DNA of 64,000 nt from a virus, in the IMG/VR virus record IMGVR_UViG_3300040815_002027; one strand, 5' to 3'. Numbering within the stretch: position 1 is the first letter of the stretch; the number at the start of each line of letters is the position of its first letter. Made by a program: the position numbers and the translations under genes. Shown here piece by piece: positions 20,724 through 31,100 of the stretch. Below the pieces are notes generated by a model. It had not been told where the DNA came from. It searched no databases and worked only from the letters and a program-made list of their open reading frames with translations.

Positions 20724-22010
20724 ATGAACTACTATAAGATAAAAAGAAAACAAGTAAAGCGTGATGCTGAAGAATCTTATTACTACGGCACTTCTATAGT
20801 ATATAGGATGTATCCTAATAAGAAGCAGGAGGAGTGGTTAACTGAGATAGGCAACAAATGTCGGGGAGCTTATAACAAACTGGTAGAAGAGTTCTGCCAA
20901 AATCCAGATAAACCCAGGAACTTACCTGGAACTTCTTTAAAGGAGATTAATAGGCTTAGACATTATTTAAAAGAGTTTGACTGGTTAGATGATGTTCCTT
21001 CTATATTTTTGTATAATGTTTGTAATAATTTTATTAAAGGAGTTGATAACTTTTATACTCAAATTAAAAAGAATAAAAAGATATTAGAGAAAGATCCTTA
21101 TGCTACAGTTAGAAAAACAAGTCCCCCTAAAAAGAAAAAGTCTTATAGAGACCTGCATTTTGGGTCTAATAACTCAACTATAGAAAGAAGCACTGCTATT
21201 GACTATGACAACAATAGATATTATTGTTTTACGAAAACATTAAAAAGATTAGGTATTAGTGATTCTTTTAAGATAAAATGTCACAAGAAGTTTTATAATA
21301 GCAAAATAAAAAGAGTTTCTTTTATGAGGGACAGTTCTATGTGTTGGTATGTGTCTTTTGGTTTGGAGCTTCCGCAAATAGATAGGTATGATAAAATTTA
21401 TGTACCTAAAGATAATAGTTTAGGTATAGACTTGGGTGTAAAAACCGCAGCTACTACTTCTGATGGGGTAAAATTTCACCCTCCAGTAGAGCAGATAAAA
21501 AAGTTGGAGAAGAAGATAGATGTTTTAAATAAAGTTATTAGCAGGAAACAAAGATTAGATAAAAAGAATTACTGGAAGAGTAATAACTATAGTAGGGTGT
21601 TGGAGAAGAAGTACAGAATACAGAAAAAGATAAATAACATAAGAGCTAATTATAACGAGTATGTATCTCATGTTCTTACCAAAGGAGAGTATAATAAGAT
21701 TCAGATGGAAGATCTTAAGTTAAATTTTATGGTAGAAAAAAGGAAGAAGAAGTTTGGTATGAGTAGATCGGCAACTCGTTTAGGTTTGGGAAGTTTAACT
21801 AATAAGATAAAATCTAAATCTCAGGTAAGAGGTATAGAGTTTAATAAAATAAATCCTGCAAACACAACTAAGTATTGTAGTAATTGTGGACATATAGAGA
21901 ACAGTTTAACTCTTAATACAAGAGAGTGGACGTGTCCTAGATGTGGTGTTGACCACGATAGAGATATAAATGCTGCAAAAAATATTCAAAAAAGTTTGGA
22001 TATTAGATAA
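20724..22010 (+). CDS. tnpB: CRISPR-associated TnpB/Cas12f-like RNA-guided nuclease (428 aa)
   Basis: YRMYPNKKQ N-terminus; RuvC-I GIDLG, RuvC-II MEDL, Zn finger CSNCG/CPRCG, RuvC-III DRDINAAKNI; adjacent array. Confidence 0.92.
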   Translation: MNYYKIKRKQVKRDAEESYYYGTSIVYRMYPNKKQEEWLTEIGNKCRGAYNKLVEEFCQNPDKPRNLPGTSLKEINRLRHYLKEFDWLDDVPSIFLYNVCNNFIKGVDNFYTQIKKNKKILEKDPYATVRKTSPPKKKKSYRDLHFGSNNSTIERSTAIDYDNNRYYCFTKTLKRLGISDSFKIKCHKKFYNSKIKRVSFMRDSSMCWYVSFGLELPQIDRYDKIYVPKDNSLGIDLGVKTAATTSDGVKFHPPVEQIKKLEKKIDVLNKVISRKQRLDKKNYWKSNNYSRVLEKKYRIQKKINNIRANYNEYVSHVLTKGEYNKIQMEDLKLNFMVEKRKKKFGMSRSATRLGLGSLTNKIKSKSQVRGIEFNKINPANTTKYCSNCGHIENSLTLNTREWTCPRCGVDHDRDINAAKNIQKSLDIR

Positions 22011-22026
22011 AAGGTTTGTAGATTTA
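21995..22026 (+). promoter_or_regulatory. Bacteroidota-type promoter for the tracrRNA/array
   Basis: TTTG (21995) - 20 nt - TAGATTTA (22019), one mismatch to TAnnTTTG. Confidence 0.5.
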
Positions 22027-22029
22027 CGA

Positions 22030-22245
22030 TCTAAGTAAGTTCATTGAAATAATCGCCCGTGTGTAGCGGGTTTAAAGGCTTGCAGATATAGCGTCAACCC
22101 CTTCTTTGCTACGCAAGTGGTAAAGTCGCTCAAAATCTTTCTTTAAAATGAAAGCGAGAGGCCGAGAGGACGCTAGGCGGCTAATGTCGAAAGACATAAC
22201 GTGTGAGAACACACGAAATATCTTTTAAATTGTAGCCTTTGTATA
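22030..22245 (+). ncRNA. omegaRNA-derived tracrRNA-like scaffold with 3' anti-repeat
   Basis: Stems CCCG/CGGG (22056-70), TAGCGTC/GACGCTA (22089-95/22169-75), ATGTC-GAAA-GACAT (22184-97), CGTGTG/CACACG (22200-15); 22216-35 is 17/20 identical to the repeat reverse complement. Confidence 0.75.
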
Positions 22246-22250
22246 GTTAG

Positions 22251-22921
22251 GGTGTATACCACCACAATTTGAAAGGTGTTTACAACTAATGTTAGACAAA
22301 AAAATAAGTATAGCTTGGTATATAGCACCACAGTTTGAAAGGTATTTACAACGGAAACTTAGGTTACCTACTATCTGCTGAAGGTGTATACCACCACAGT
22401 TTGAAAGGTATTTACAACGAAAACTTAGGTTACCTACTATCTGCTGAAGGTGTATACCACCACATTTTGAAAGGTATTTACAACCAAATGAAGAACGATG
22501 CACAATAAGATGTAGGTGTATAGCACCACAATTTGAAAGGTGTTTACAACAGATCTAAAAGAAGAAGCAGAAAAACTTTCAGTGTATACCACCACAATTT
22601 GAAAGGTATTTACAACTAGTACCTATAGTATCAAAGTTAAATCAGAGGTGTATACCACCACAGTTTGAAAGGTATTTACAACTTATGTTATGAAGGTAGT
22701 ACTCCTTATATTGGTGTATACCACCACAATTTGAAAGGTATTTACAAACGGTGTCTCTTTAGCATCATAATTTTAAAACTGTTTACAACATAGCGACATC
22801 AATGTCGTTACCATAGATGGCTGTATACCACCACAATTTTAAAACTGTTTACAACATAGCGACATCAATGTCGTTACCATAGATGGCTGTATACCACCAC
22901 AATTTTAAAACTGTTTACAAC
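22251..22921 (+). CRISPR. CRISPR array: 11 repeats of 36 bp (consensus GGTGTATACCACCACAATTTGAAAGGTATTTACAAC), nine 30-bp spacers
   Basis: Repeats start at 22251, 22317, 22383, 22449, 22515, 22581, 22647, 22713, 22754 (degenerate), 22820, 22886; 66-bp period except a 5-bp gap at 22749-53. Confidence 0.96.
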
Positions 22922-22938
22922 ATTAAAAAATCAAAGTT

Positions 22939-23334
22939 ATGAAAAGAATTAGTTTAGTTTTAGTATTACTGTTATCAGCATATCTTGGGTATTCACAAAA
23001 AGGCCAGGATATTGTCTCTTTAGAAGAGATCTTAGAAACTATAAACACTGGCTTGGAAGATCAAGCCTTTGAAAAATTACGGCAAGAAGCACACTCCAAA
23101 GAAGATAACGTTATCTTTAATGTAAAGTATCTATATCCTAATGTATGTTACAGACAACTAATAACTAAAGCAACAGGACAGAAGCTTTATATACAGGTAG
23201 CTTGTGATGCTATACACGCTAAGAATGGTCTTACTTTTAAAGAAGAAGAGGCGTATGAAAGATACCAGTTTCTTATAAAGAACAAACGTAAATTTGATAG
23301 ATTAGATAGAAGAATAGAAAGAATGCACAATTAA
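22939..23334 (+). CDS. Exported hypothetical protein
   Basis: Signal-peptide-like MKRISLVLVLLLSAYLGYS. Confidence 0.6.
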   Translation: MKRISLVLVLLLSAYLGYSQKGQDIVSLEEILETINTGLEDQAFEKLRQEAHSKEDNVIFNVKYLYPNVCYRQLITKATGQKLYIQVACDAIHAKNGLTFKEEEAYERYQFLIKNKRKFDRLDRRIERMHN

Positions 23335-23525
23335 CACTATGAAAAACTTTTTGGAGAGGTAACTACTGCCTCTCCTTTTTAAATTTTAACTATGAAGATA
23401 CAAACATTCACAAATGCAAATACCTTTTATCTTATTCCAACCTTCTATATTAAGGAGGATTGTGATTATTCTTTAAACTTTACCTGGCTTCATTTTGGAG
23501 TATGTGTAGAAATAATAAAATGTAA

Positions 23526-24854
23526 ATGACACCAAAAGAAAAAGCAGAAGACCTTGTTAACCAATTCAGAATGATATTAATGGCTGAAGATACTGACTGT
23601 GGTAATGAAATACTTTGCACTTCGATAGCAATTAAGAATGCGTTAATATGTGCAGATGAAGTCTTGATGCGAGTGCCTCATAAAGACGTAGCTAATTGGA
23701 TTGCAGATGATTTGGCTGTTAAATATTGGATTGATGTAAAAATGGAATTAAGACAAATGTAATTATAAGAAAAAGCAAAAGAATTAATTGTAAGTATTAG
23801 TCACGATTCGTTTGTAGGAGCATCTTTGAACGCTTCACAAGTTAAGCACATTGTATTTATACATTTAAATAATATGATTGCTGAACTACAGAGTGTTGAG
23901 AATATTTATGAACTTGATATGAAGGGTACTATATCTTATTGGATGAGAGTTAAGGGAGAAGTAATAAAACTATAACCTAAATTACAAATATATGCTAGAA
24001 TCTATACTTGAAAATTACTATGAAGAAGAGTTCTTAAAAGCTGATGGATTTGATGATGCTATTATAGGAGTAGAAGAAAACTCTATGAGACTTATCTATT
24101 CAGTTAAAAAGTGTTTAGAGATCTTACAGACTGATATGGATGAGATAGATGCTATGGAGTACTTTACTTATAATGTAAGTGGAGCTTATATGGGAGAAAA
24201 GACTCCTATCTGGTGTTGTGATTTATTTGAAGATTAACTATAGACTATGAAAAAATTAATAAAAGAGGTACTTAGTAGTTTTGACTTTGAAAAAGTACAT
24301 AAGACTATGACATTTTTAAATTGGACTTGGTATTTTAAAGAAGTACCAAATTTACTTAAGTTGAAAAGTACAGCACAAGAATTGTTAGAAGAGGCTTGTG
24401 GTAGGTGTTTAGAAAGTAAAAAAACAAGTCGTGACATACCTTATATTATTATGACAGGTGGGTTTAGAGTAGAGGCATACCCTAACAAAAAGAGAACAAA
24501 GATTAAAAAGTTAAAATTAGACTTTATATTAACTACATCTTTTGATTATAGATGATGAATATTTAATAAAATTTCGACATAACTTATATTAAGCAAAAAA
24601 TTATGAGTAAAGACAAAAACATTGTGTTGGCATTTAATATTATCAATGCAGTTAGGGATAATAATTGGGAGGAAATGTTGAAATTATTTCCAGAGGGTGT
24701 AGAGCATAGAACGTATAAATACGATAGCATAGAATGTTTTACAGATTGGGAACATTACCAAGATTATGCAAGATATGTAGCACCTGCACGAGATATAATG
24801 AAAGAAAAATGTCTGGACAAAGCACTTGAGTGTCTTAATGTGTATGATAAGTAA
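23526..24854 (+). CDS. Small hypothetical phage genes (23526, 23992, 24247, 24603)
   Basis: MTPKEKAEDL and LKADGFDDAIIG starts are typical of aquatic-phage small proteins. Confidence 0.55.
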
Positions 24855-24872
24855 TTCAAAAAATCTATACAA

Positions 24873-25490
24873 ATGAATACAGTAGAGTTGATTGGGTATT
24901 ATGGTAGTGATTTAACCCACGCACAAAGTGCCTGGACCAGTACAAGTAGAGATTTGAGTGATGAGAAGTTATCGAGAGTTCCTGCCCTTCTTAAAATGTT
25001 GGCAGAAAATGGACATCATACTCCGTTTGAAAAAAGTACACTACACTTTTTAGTTACTGTCGACCAGGCATCTCATATCCATTTATTAAAACATCGTATA
25101 GGTGTGAGCATCAATGGGGAGAGTGCAAGGTATAAAGAACTTAAAGAAGATAAAACATATATACCTCAAGACTTTCCAAAAGAATGGCAAGGTAAGTTAG
25201 AGGTGTTTTCTCAAGCATCAAACAACTTATACCATAAGTGCCTGGAAGAACTTACGCCAATACTTGGTAGGAAAAGAGCAAAGGAATCAGCAAGATTTTT
25301 TAAGACATTTAATAGTCAGATTACTATGGATGTTTCTTTTAATTGGAGAAGTTTTTACCACTTCTTATCTTTAAGAAATAAACCTGATGCTCAAAAAGAA
25401 ATACAAGAGATTGCACAGCAGATGTTAGATTTGGTTCTTGATATAGAAGGCAATCCATTTAAAAATACGATTATAGCTTTTGGGTTATAA
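24873..25490 (+). CDS. thyX: Flavin-dependent thymidylate synthase
   Basis: GHHTPFE; KHR..SINGESARY variant of RHRx7SxR; NWRS..FL.LR...AQKEI. Confidence 0.9.
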   Translation: MNTVELIGYYGSDLTHAQSAWTSTSRDLSDEKLSRVPALLKMLAENGHHTPFEKSTLHFLVTVDQASHIHLLKHRIGVSINGESARYKELKEDKTYIPQDFPKEWQGKLEVFSQASNNLYHKCLEELTPILGRKRAKESARFFKTFNSQITMDVSFNWRSFYHFLSLRNKPDAQKEIQEIAQQMLDLVLDIEGNPFKNTIIAFGL

Positions 25491-25544
25491 CCCTAAACTT
25501 ATACTTAGACTTAAAAGTTTTTAGGGGTATAACCATAAAAATAC

Positions 25545-25671
25545 AACAAGGAGGTGAGTACGCTTTAGTTGAGAGGTAGAGTGGATTAATTGCCGAAAAA
25601 GGGTTTGTAGTAGGTAGACGTTCCTCATTGCACTCAACAAGAAACCCTGAAACACCCAAAGCCTCCTTGTT
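25545..25671. ncRNA. Candidate structured RNA, possibly pseudoknotted
   Basis: 10-bp closing stem AACAAGGAGG/CCTCCTTGTT; crossing pairs GTTGAG/CTCAAC and AGGGTTT/AAACCCT. Confidence 0.4.
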
Positions 25672-25705
25672 TTTTGTTTACTATATTTATATATAAAGTA
25701 AAGAT

Positions 25706-26248
25706 ATGAAAGATTCGAGAAAGCTTTTAGCAACCATTGCAAAGGGATATTTGAGTGAAGAATTAAATCATAATATAGATGGGATAATAGCATATCATAG
25801 AAGCCCCAAAAAATTTTATGATTTTAAATTGTCAAATGTTAGTTCTGACAGTAATAGACAGAGATATGGGTGGGGGTTATATTTTTCAAACAGTATTCCA
25901 AATACGCAATATGGTGATTATTTATATCAAGTAAGTCTTTTTAAAAATAAGAAACAGTATGTTTTAATTGATTTAAAACAACCAGTTGAAGGACTTATAG
26001 TTAATAGGATTGTAGAAGCACTTAATCATTATAACAAAAAATCTGATGAAGTTGTTGAGTTTGCTTATAATGGATTTTTGTTTTATAAAACGTTATCAAG
26101 AATTTTAGGTGGTGATAAAAACGCATCTTTGTTTTTATCTAAAAATGGTATAGATGGGTTACTAAATAAAATAACTAAAAATTGGCACGATTATATATTA
26201 TTCAATGACGATAATATAATAATTGATGAGATTAAATATGACCCATAA
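25706..26248 (+). CDS. ADP-ribosyltransferase-like (PolyVal-type) domain with MKDSRK leader
   Basis: AYHRSP..F, YGWGLYFS, GIDG. Confidence 0.55.
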   Translation: MKDSRKLLATIAKGYLSEELNHNIDGIIAYHRSPKKFYDFKLSNVSSDSNRQRYGWGLYFSNSIPNTQYGDYLYQVSLFKNKKQYVLIDLKQPVEGLIVNRIVEALNHYNKKSDEVVEFAYNGFLFYKTLSRILGGDKNASLFLSKNGIDGLLNKITKNWHDYILFNDDNIIIDEIKYDP

Positions 26249-26376
26249 AAATAAAACAAAAAGAATGTTACGATGAAAATTAATACGAAGATGAAACGTA
26301 GCATTGCATATAACTGTTTGTTAATCCAATATGCTTCTGGCTATGTTTTGCAACTATTTATTAATAAAGTAAAGGT

Positions 26377-26871
26377 ATGAAAGATTCGAGAAAGCTTTTA
26401 GTAACCATTGCAAGAGGGTATTTAAATGAAAATATTGAAGATTATTCAAAATGGAAACGTAAAAATGTAACTTTGCGTGGAATGAAAGAATTAGGTAAAG
26501 CAAATGAAGTATATGGTTCTTTTGGAAAAGGATTATATACAGTACCTTTAAGTAATAAAGCAATGGCAAAACAATATGGTAAAATATATTTTGTTGTAAA
26601 TGGGATACCAAGAAAACCAAAAATTGTTGATTCATTAAATAATGCTGAATTGTTAAGACAAAAATTAATTAATGATTTTTGTAAAAAACATAACGAAGAT
26701 TATAGTCCTCGTTTTTTTGAATCAAATACAACTATGGAAGATGAAATGTTAAAGTTGGGTTATGATGGTCTTATAATAAAAGGTAGAGAGATGGTTAACT
26801 ACACCCCAAAGGATATTAAATATTTTAAAAATGAAAATGATTTACAACGTTACTATGAAGCACTTTCATAG
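26377..26871 (+). CDS. ART-like domain with MKDSRK leader
   Basis: LRG, FGKGLYT, GYDGLII..EMV. Confidence 0.5.
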   Translation: MKDSRKLLVTIARGYLNENIEDYSKWKRKNVTLRGMKELGKANEVYGSFGKGLYTVPLSNKAMAKQYGKIYFVVNGIPRKPKIVDSLNNAELLRQKLINDFCKKHNEDYSPRFFESNTTMEDEMLKLGYDGLIIKGREMVNYTPKDIKYFKNENDLQRYYEALS

Positions 26872-26949
26872 TATTGGTGCTAAATTATTACTTAACCCAA
26901 TCTCTAAAAGCATCTATTTCGATGCCTTTAAAAATTAAATAAAAAAGTT

Positions 26950-27537
26950 ATGAAAATAGTAGAAAACACAGTTACAGCCATTATGGTTATTTTTGTTTTG
27001 GTATTTCTTTATTTCTTTATGTCTGCCCAAAAAAGTGTGGGAGAAGAACCTAAAACAGAACAAGTCTCTCACGATGTCATTCTAAATTCTGTGCGAGAAG
27101 TAATCTCCCTAACAGTAATAGAAGCAAACTTTACAGAGATATATACTAAAGAAGACTATTGGAAGTTAGATCTATCTCCTTTCAGAAAGAAGATGGTAGT
27201 TAAAGTAAAAGCTAATGTAGGTATAGGGTATGATCTAAATGAGTTATATATAGATGTAGATAGAGAATCTAAAACTATATTAGTATTAAGAATGCCTTCT
27301 CCCAAACTTTTGTATATAGATGATACATTGGAGTATTTTGATATATCTGAAGGATATTTTAATTGGTTTGACCCAGGAGATTACACAGAGATAGACAGAG
27401 AGACAAGAGATAAGATAGAGTCTATGGTAACTAATAGTAGTCTTTTTACTGATGCAGACATAAAATTATTTGAAAATTTAAAAATAATTCGTAACTTAGC
27501 ATCCGAGATGGGATGGACAGTAGTTATAAAGGATTGA
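26950..27537 (+). CDS. DUF4230 family membrane-anchored protein
   Basis: N-terminal TM; KVKANVGIGYDL; MPSPKLL. Confidence 0.75.
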   Translation: MKIVENTVTAIMVIFVLVFLYFFMSAQKSVGEEPKTEQVSHDVILNSVREVISLTVIEANFTEIYTKEDYWKLDLSPFRKKMVVKVKANVGIGYDLNELYIDVDRESKTILVLRMPSPKLLYIDDTLEYFDISEGYFNWFDPGDYTEIDRETRDKIESMVTNSSLFTDADIKLFENLKIIRNLASEMGWTVVIKD

Positions 27538-27567
27538 TACTCTCGTTTATATTTATAGTAAAAGCTA

Positions 27568-28062
27568 ATGAAACTTACAAAACTTTTAGAGACAGTTAGG
27601 GAAGATTTCGTAAATGAAGATATTAACCGTGATAAGTCAAGGAAAGTGTTGTTTGTTGATGGACACGGGAAACAAATTGTTTACGATGATGGTGCTTTTA
27701 GGATTGCTGTTGATGATAAAGATGATGCACTATATGTAACTTTATGGCATAAAGAAGATGTGAAAGGTAAAGAGTATTGGGTTAAACGTGGGTACATAGA
27801 TGCTTGGAAGAGTAAAATGAACTTTAAAGATAGAAGTGGTACTTATTTATCTATTCGTTCAATAGAAATTGAGAATAAATATAGAAATAAGGGGTACGGC
27901 ACAAAGTTATACAAAGCTCTATTTGATTTTTCAGCAAATGATGTTAAAGGTGTTTATTCTTACTTACCAAATAGGGTTAATAAAAAACAAGTGCCTAAAA
28001 TATATAATAAATTAGGTGCTATTACTGATGGTGATTACCAATTTATTGAGTTTAGTAATTAG
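27568..28062 (+). CDS. GNAT acetyltransferase with MKLTKLLE leader
   Basis: IENKYRNKGYGTKLY acetyl-CoA motif A. Confidence 0.75.
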   Translation: MKLTKLLETVREDFVNEDINRDKSRKVLFVDGHGKQIVYDDGAFRIAVDDKDDALYVTLWHKEDVKGKEYWVKRGYIDAWKSKMNFKDRSGTYLSIRSIEIENKYRNKGYGTKLYKALFDFSANDVKGVYSYLPNRVNKKQVPKIYNKLGAITDGDYQFIEFSN

Positions 28063-28110
28063 TGATAAAACAAAAGTATTTAAAATATTAATTAATTAAA
28101 AGTTACAAAA

Positions 28111-31100
28111 ATGAATTACAAAGGTTTTGATGTACAGATTGAGATTAAGCAGTACAAAAATGGGGGAGATGCTATCTATCTAATAGATAAGCAGGACCAT
28201 TCACCAGTAGCAGTAGCAACAAGTTGGATTGAAGGTTTAGAACCTGATGAGTTAGCCATTAAAGATTATAGTGAGAATGAAGGTATATATAGATGGTTAG
28301 TAGACAATAATATTGTTACTCCATCCGTTAGAATGCTTTATGGATTTCCTATTTGTAAATTAGTTAACAATTAAATAAAAAAAGTTATGGAAAAGCAAAT
28401 TAAAAACTTAATCGAATTAGCAGAGCAGTATTACCAATATGCCATAGAAGAAGATTTCCCAAGTGGACACACCTGGTTACAGACAGACTATGGGGAGGTT
28501 GGGGTATACTTATCCACTTACAGTAGAAGAGATTACTCAGTGAAATTCGATGGCGAAGTGGAGGTTGCAGGATATGCAAATAGAATAGCAATGGGATTTA
28601 CTGCCACTTCAGAAACTTTAGAGAAATTATATAATAACTTTTCAAAATATCTTAAAACTGAAAAAGATAAGATTCAAGAACAAGTAGCAGTCCAAAGAGC
28701 TGAGAAGATAAAAAATTTGGAAGAAGAACTATCAAGATTAAAAAACTTATGAATAGGTTCACTTTCTTAAAAGTCTATAACTCTCCATTTAAGCCATTCC
28801 TACCTAAGTTATATATAGGTAGGATGACTATTGGAGTACCTTACTTTTATTCTCGTAAAAAAGTAGGGTTTGACCTTGTAGGCTTAGGTTATAAGACAAA
28901 GTGGTCAGATACTGACTATAGGTTCGAGTATAATCCTATATGGTCATTTACATTTTATAAGTGGCAGATTGCTTTAATCTTTGCACCTATTGAATGTAAC
29001 TATTATTGGCAGGCTTGGTTGTACTACTTTTACAATACTAAAGGTACGAAGGAAGAAAGGATAAGAGAATGTAAGAAGGAGTATCCACTTAAAATTACAG
29101 TAAGTGGTGTAAAGGATGGGAGGAGGTATGAGTATAGTTACGATGCGTATGATAAAGTTTTAAAATCGTAAAAATTATGGAAAACGAAGAAGTAAAAAAC
29201 AACGAAAAATATTCAATACCAATCTATGAGAATGGTGTGAAAACTGAATGGACTATTGATGGTGTAATAGGTGATGAAAAATATTTTGAGTTGTTGAAAT
29301 ATGGAAATGGTAAAGATTTACCTGATATGGTTAATGTTGGCGTAAAGAAATAATTTTTATATTTTATAACTTTTTGTTAATTCAAGTTTTTAAACATAAA
29401 ATTATGGAAAGAAATATAAGCGAAACACCCGAAAAATGGGTAATATTAAAACTACCAAATAATTACTATAAAGTTTTTGGAACTTGGGCTGGTGGTTATT
29501 TATATGGTGACAGATATAGATTAAATTCTGGAATTAGTAAAGTAGAACAAGACGAAAACTTTTATTATTTTATTGGATTTAGTGGAAGTTGCTATAAGTG
29601 TCACAAAAAAGGATATGGAACAGCGACATCTTACGGGTTAGGTGTTTTAAATAAAATAATAGAACAAGGAAACGGACAGATTGAGTTAATGGAAGATGCT
29701 GACGATTGGATAAATGTGGTATAACTATTTATTAATTAAAGTTTTAAACCTATCGAAATCGATGCCTTTAATAAATTACTAACAATTAAATTTTTAAAAT
29801 TATGAAAATGTATTATTACAATCCAAACAATTATAGTGCTGAATTTTTCGTTATGGCTGAAAACAAAACAAAAGCACATGAATACTTATTAAAACATTTA
29901 GAAAATAAGATTGTATCTGAAAGTTGCTATGCTGAGATGTATCAAGAAGATTTAGAAATATGGAAAAAAGTAAATCCCTTGGATATTAAAACATTTCCAG
30001 GTAAATATACTTTGGATGAACATGAAATTGGTTCAGTTATCGAATCTGAAATTGCTTAGTGGTTGCACTTTCGTAGCATTGTGTATAACTATTTGTTAAT
30101 CCAAGGTTTTAAACCCATCGAAATTAAGGGGTTTGTAAATTAAAAACAGATAAAATGGAATTAAAAAGAGTTATTGAAACATTAGAAAAACATCAAGAGT
30201 GGAGGCGTGACCAAAACGTACCACCAAAAGTAGAAATGCAAAGCCCTATTGAAATAGGAGCAGCTATTGATTATGCAATAAGCGAGTTAAAAAAATTGCG
30301 TTTATCTGATGTTGTAAAATCGTTGCCTAAAGACACAGACGGATGCAATATAAACAGTGTTAGCAACTATTTTCACTGCCAAAGAGAAGAAGAGATGGAA
30401 AGTAAATGTCAAACACAATGTGAACACTGTAAAGAATATTACAAACCATTAGAGCAATAATATTACTGCCAACGTTTTGGCTATGTGCCGTATGACGATA
30501 GGAATATGGACATATAGCCGTTGTTGTGCATAGTAGCGGATTAATTAACTAAAGTTTGAATAAATGAAATTACAATTCTTAACAATCGAAATTGATGGAA
30601 AATGCTTTGACTTACCAAAGGATATGCAGATTCCGCAGAAAGGTAGCACTGTATTTATTGAGGGTAAAACAGGGATAGTTGAAAACATTCACTACCATAT
30701 AGTAGACGGAAAAGTACACATGATAAGCATTTTTGCTACGAAAGGGTAGCTATTATGCACAACTATTTGTTAATCCAAGTTATTAAGATAAAAAACAATA
30801 AAAGATGAAAAAGTACAGAATTACAATTAGAACCAGTTTTGGGTCATTTGAGATTGATGACATTGAAGCACAAGATGAGGATGAGGCATTTGATAAGGCT
30901 TGTGAAGAGGCTAAAAAAGAAATTGATTGTGCAAAACTGGATGAAGTTTATGAGTACGATTCTTAATGGTGCATAACGGTACAGTATAACAGTAGTGCGG
31001 ATAATTAAAAACAATAATATGGATAAGTACACGAAAAAAGCGGTGTTTAGTTACTTAAAGAAGTATGACCACATAGCAAACGAAGAGGACTTTATAGAAG

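Noticed and set aside
20724-22250. Active IS200/IS605 or IS607 transposon
   Set aside because: No tnpA or serine recombinase and no left-end hairpin; gene is operon-coupled and followed by an array
22225-22503. Minus-strand 92-aa repetitive ORF
   Set aside because: Translation artefact of the 66-bp CRISPR period
25545-25671. tRNA or hammerhead ribozyme
   Set aside because: No cloverleaf or T-loop and no CUGANGA core found
26301-26329. Canonical XerCD dif site
   Set aside because: TAA-to-TTA spacer is 7 bp and the right arm is not TTATGTTAAAT; retained only as a generic recombinase-like site
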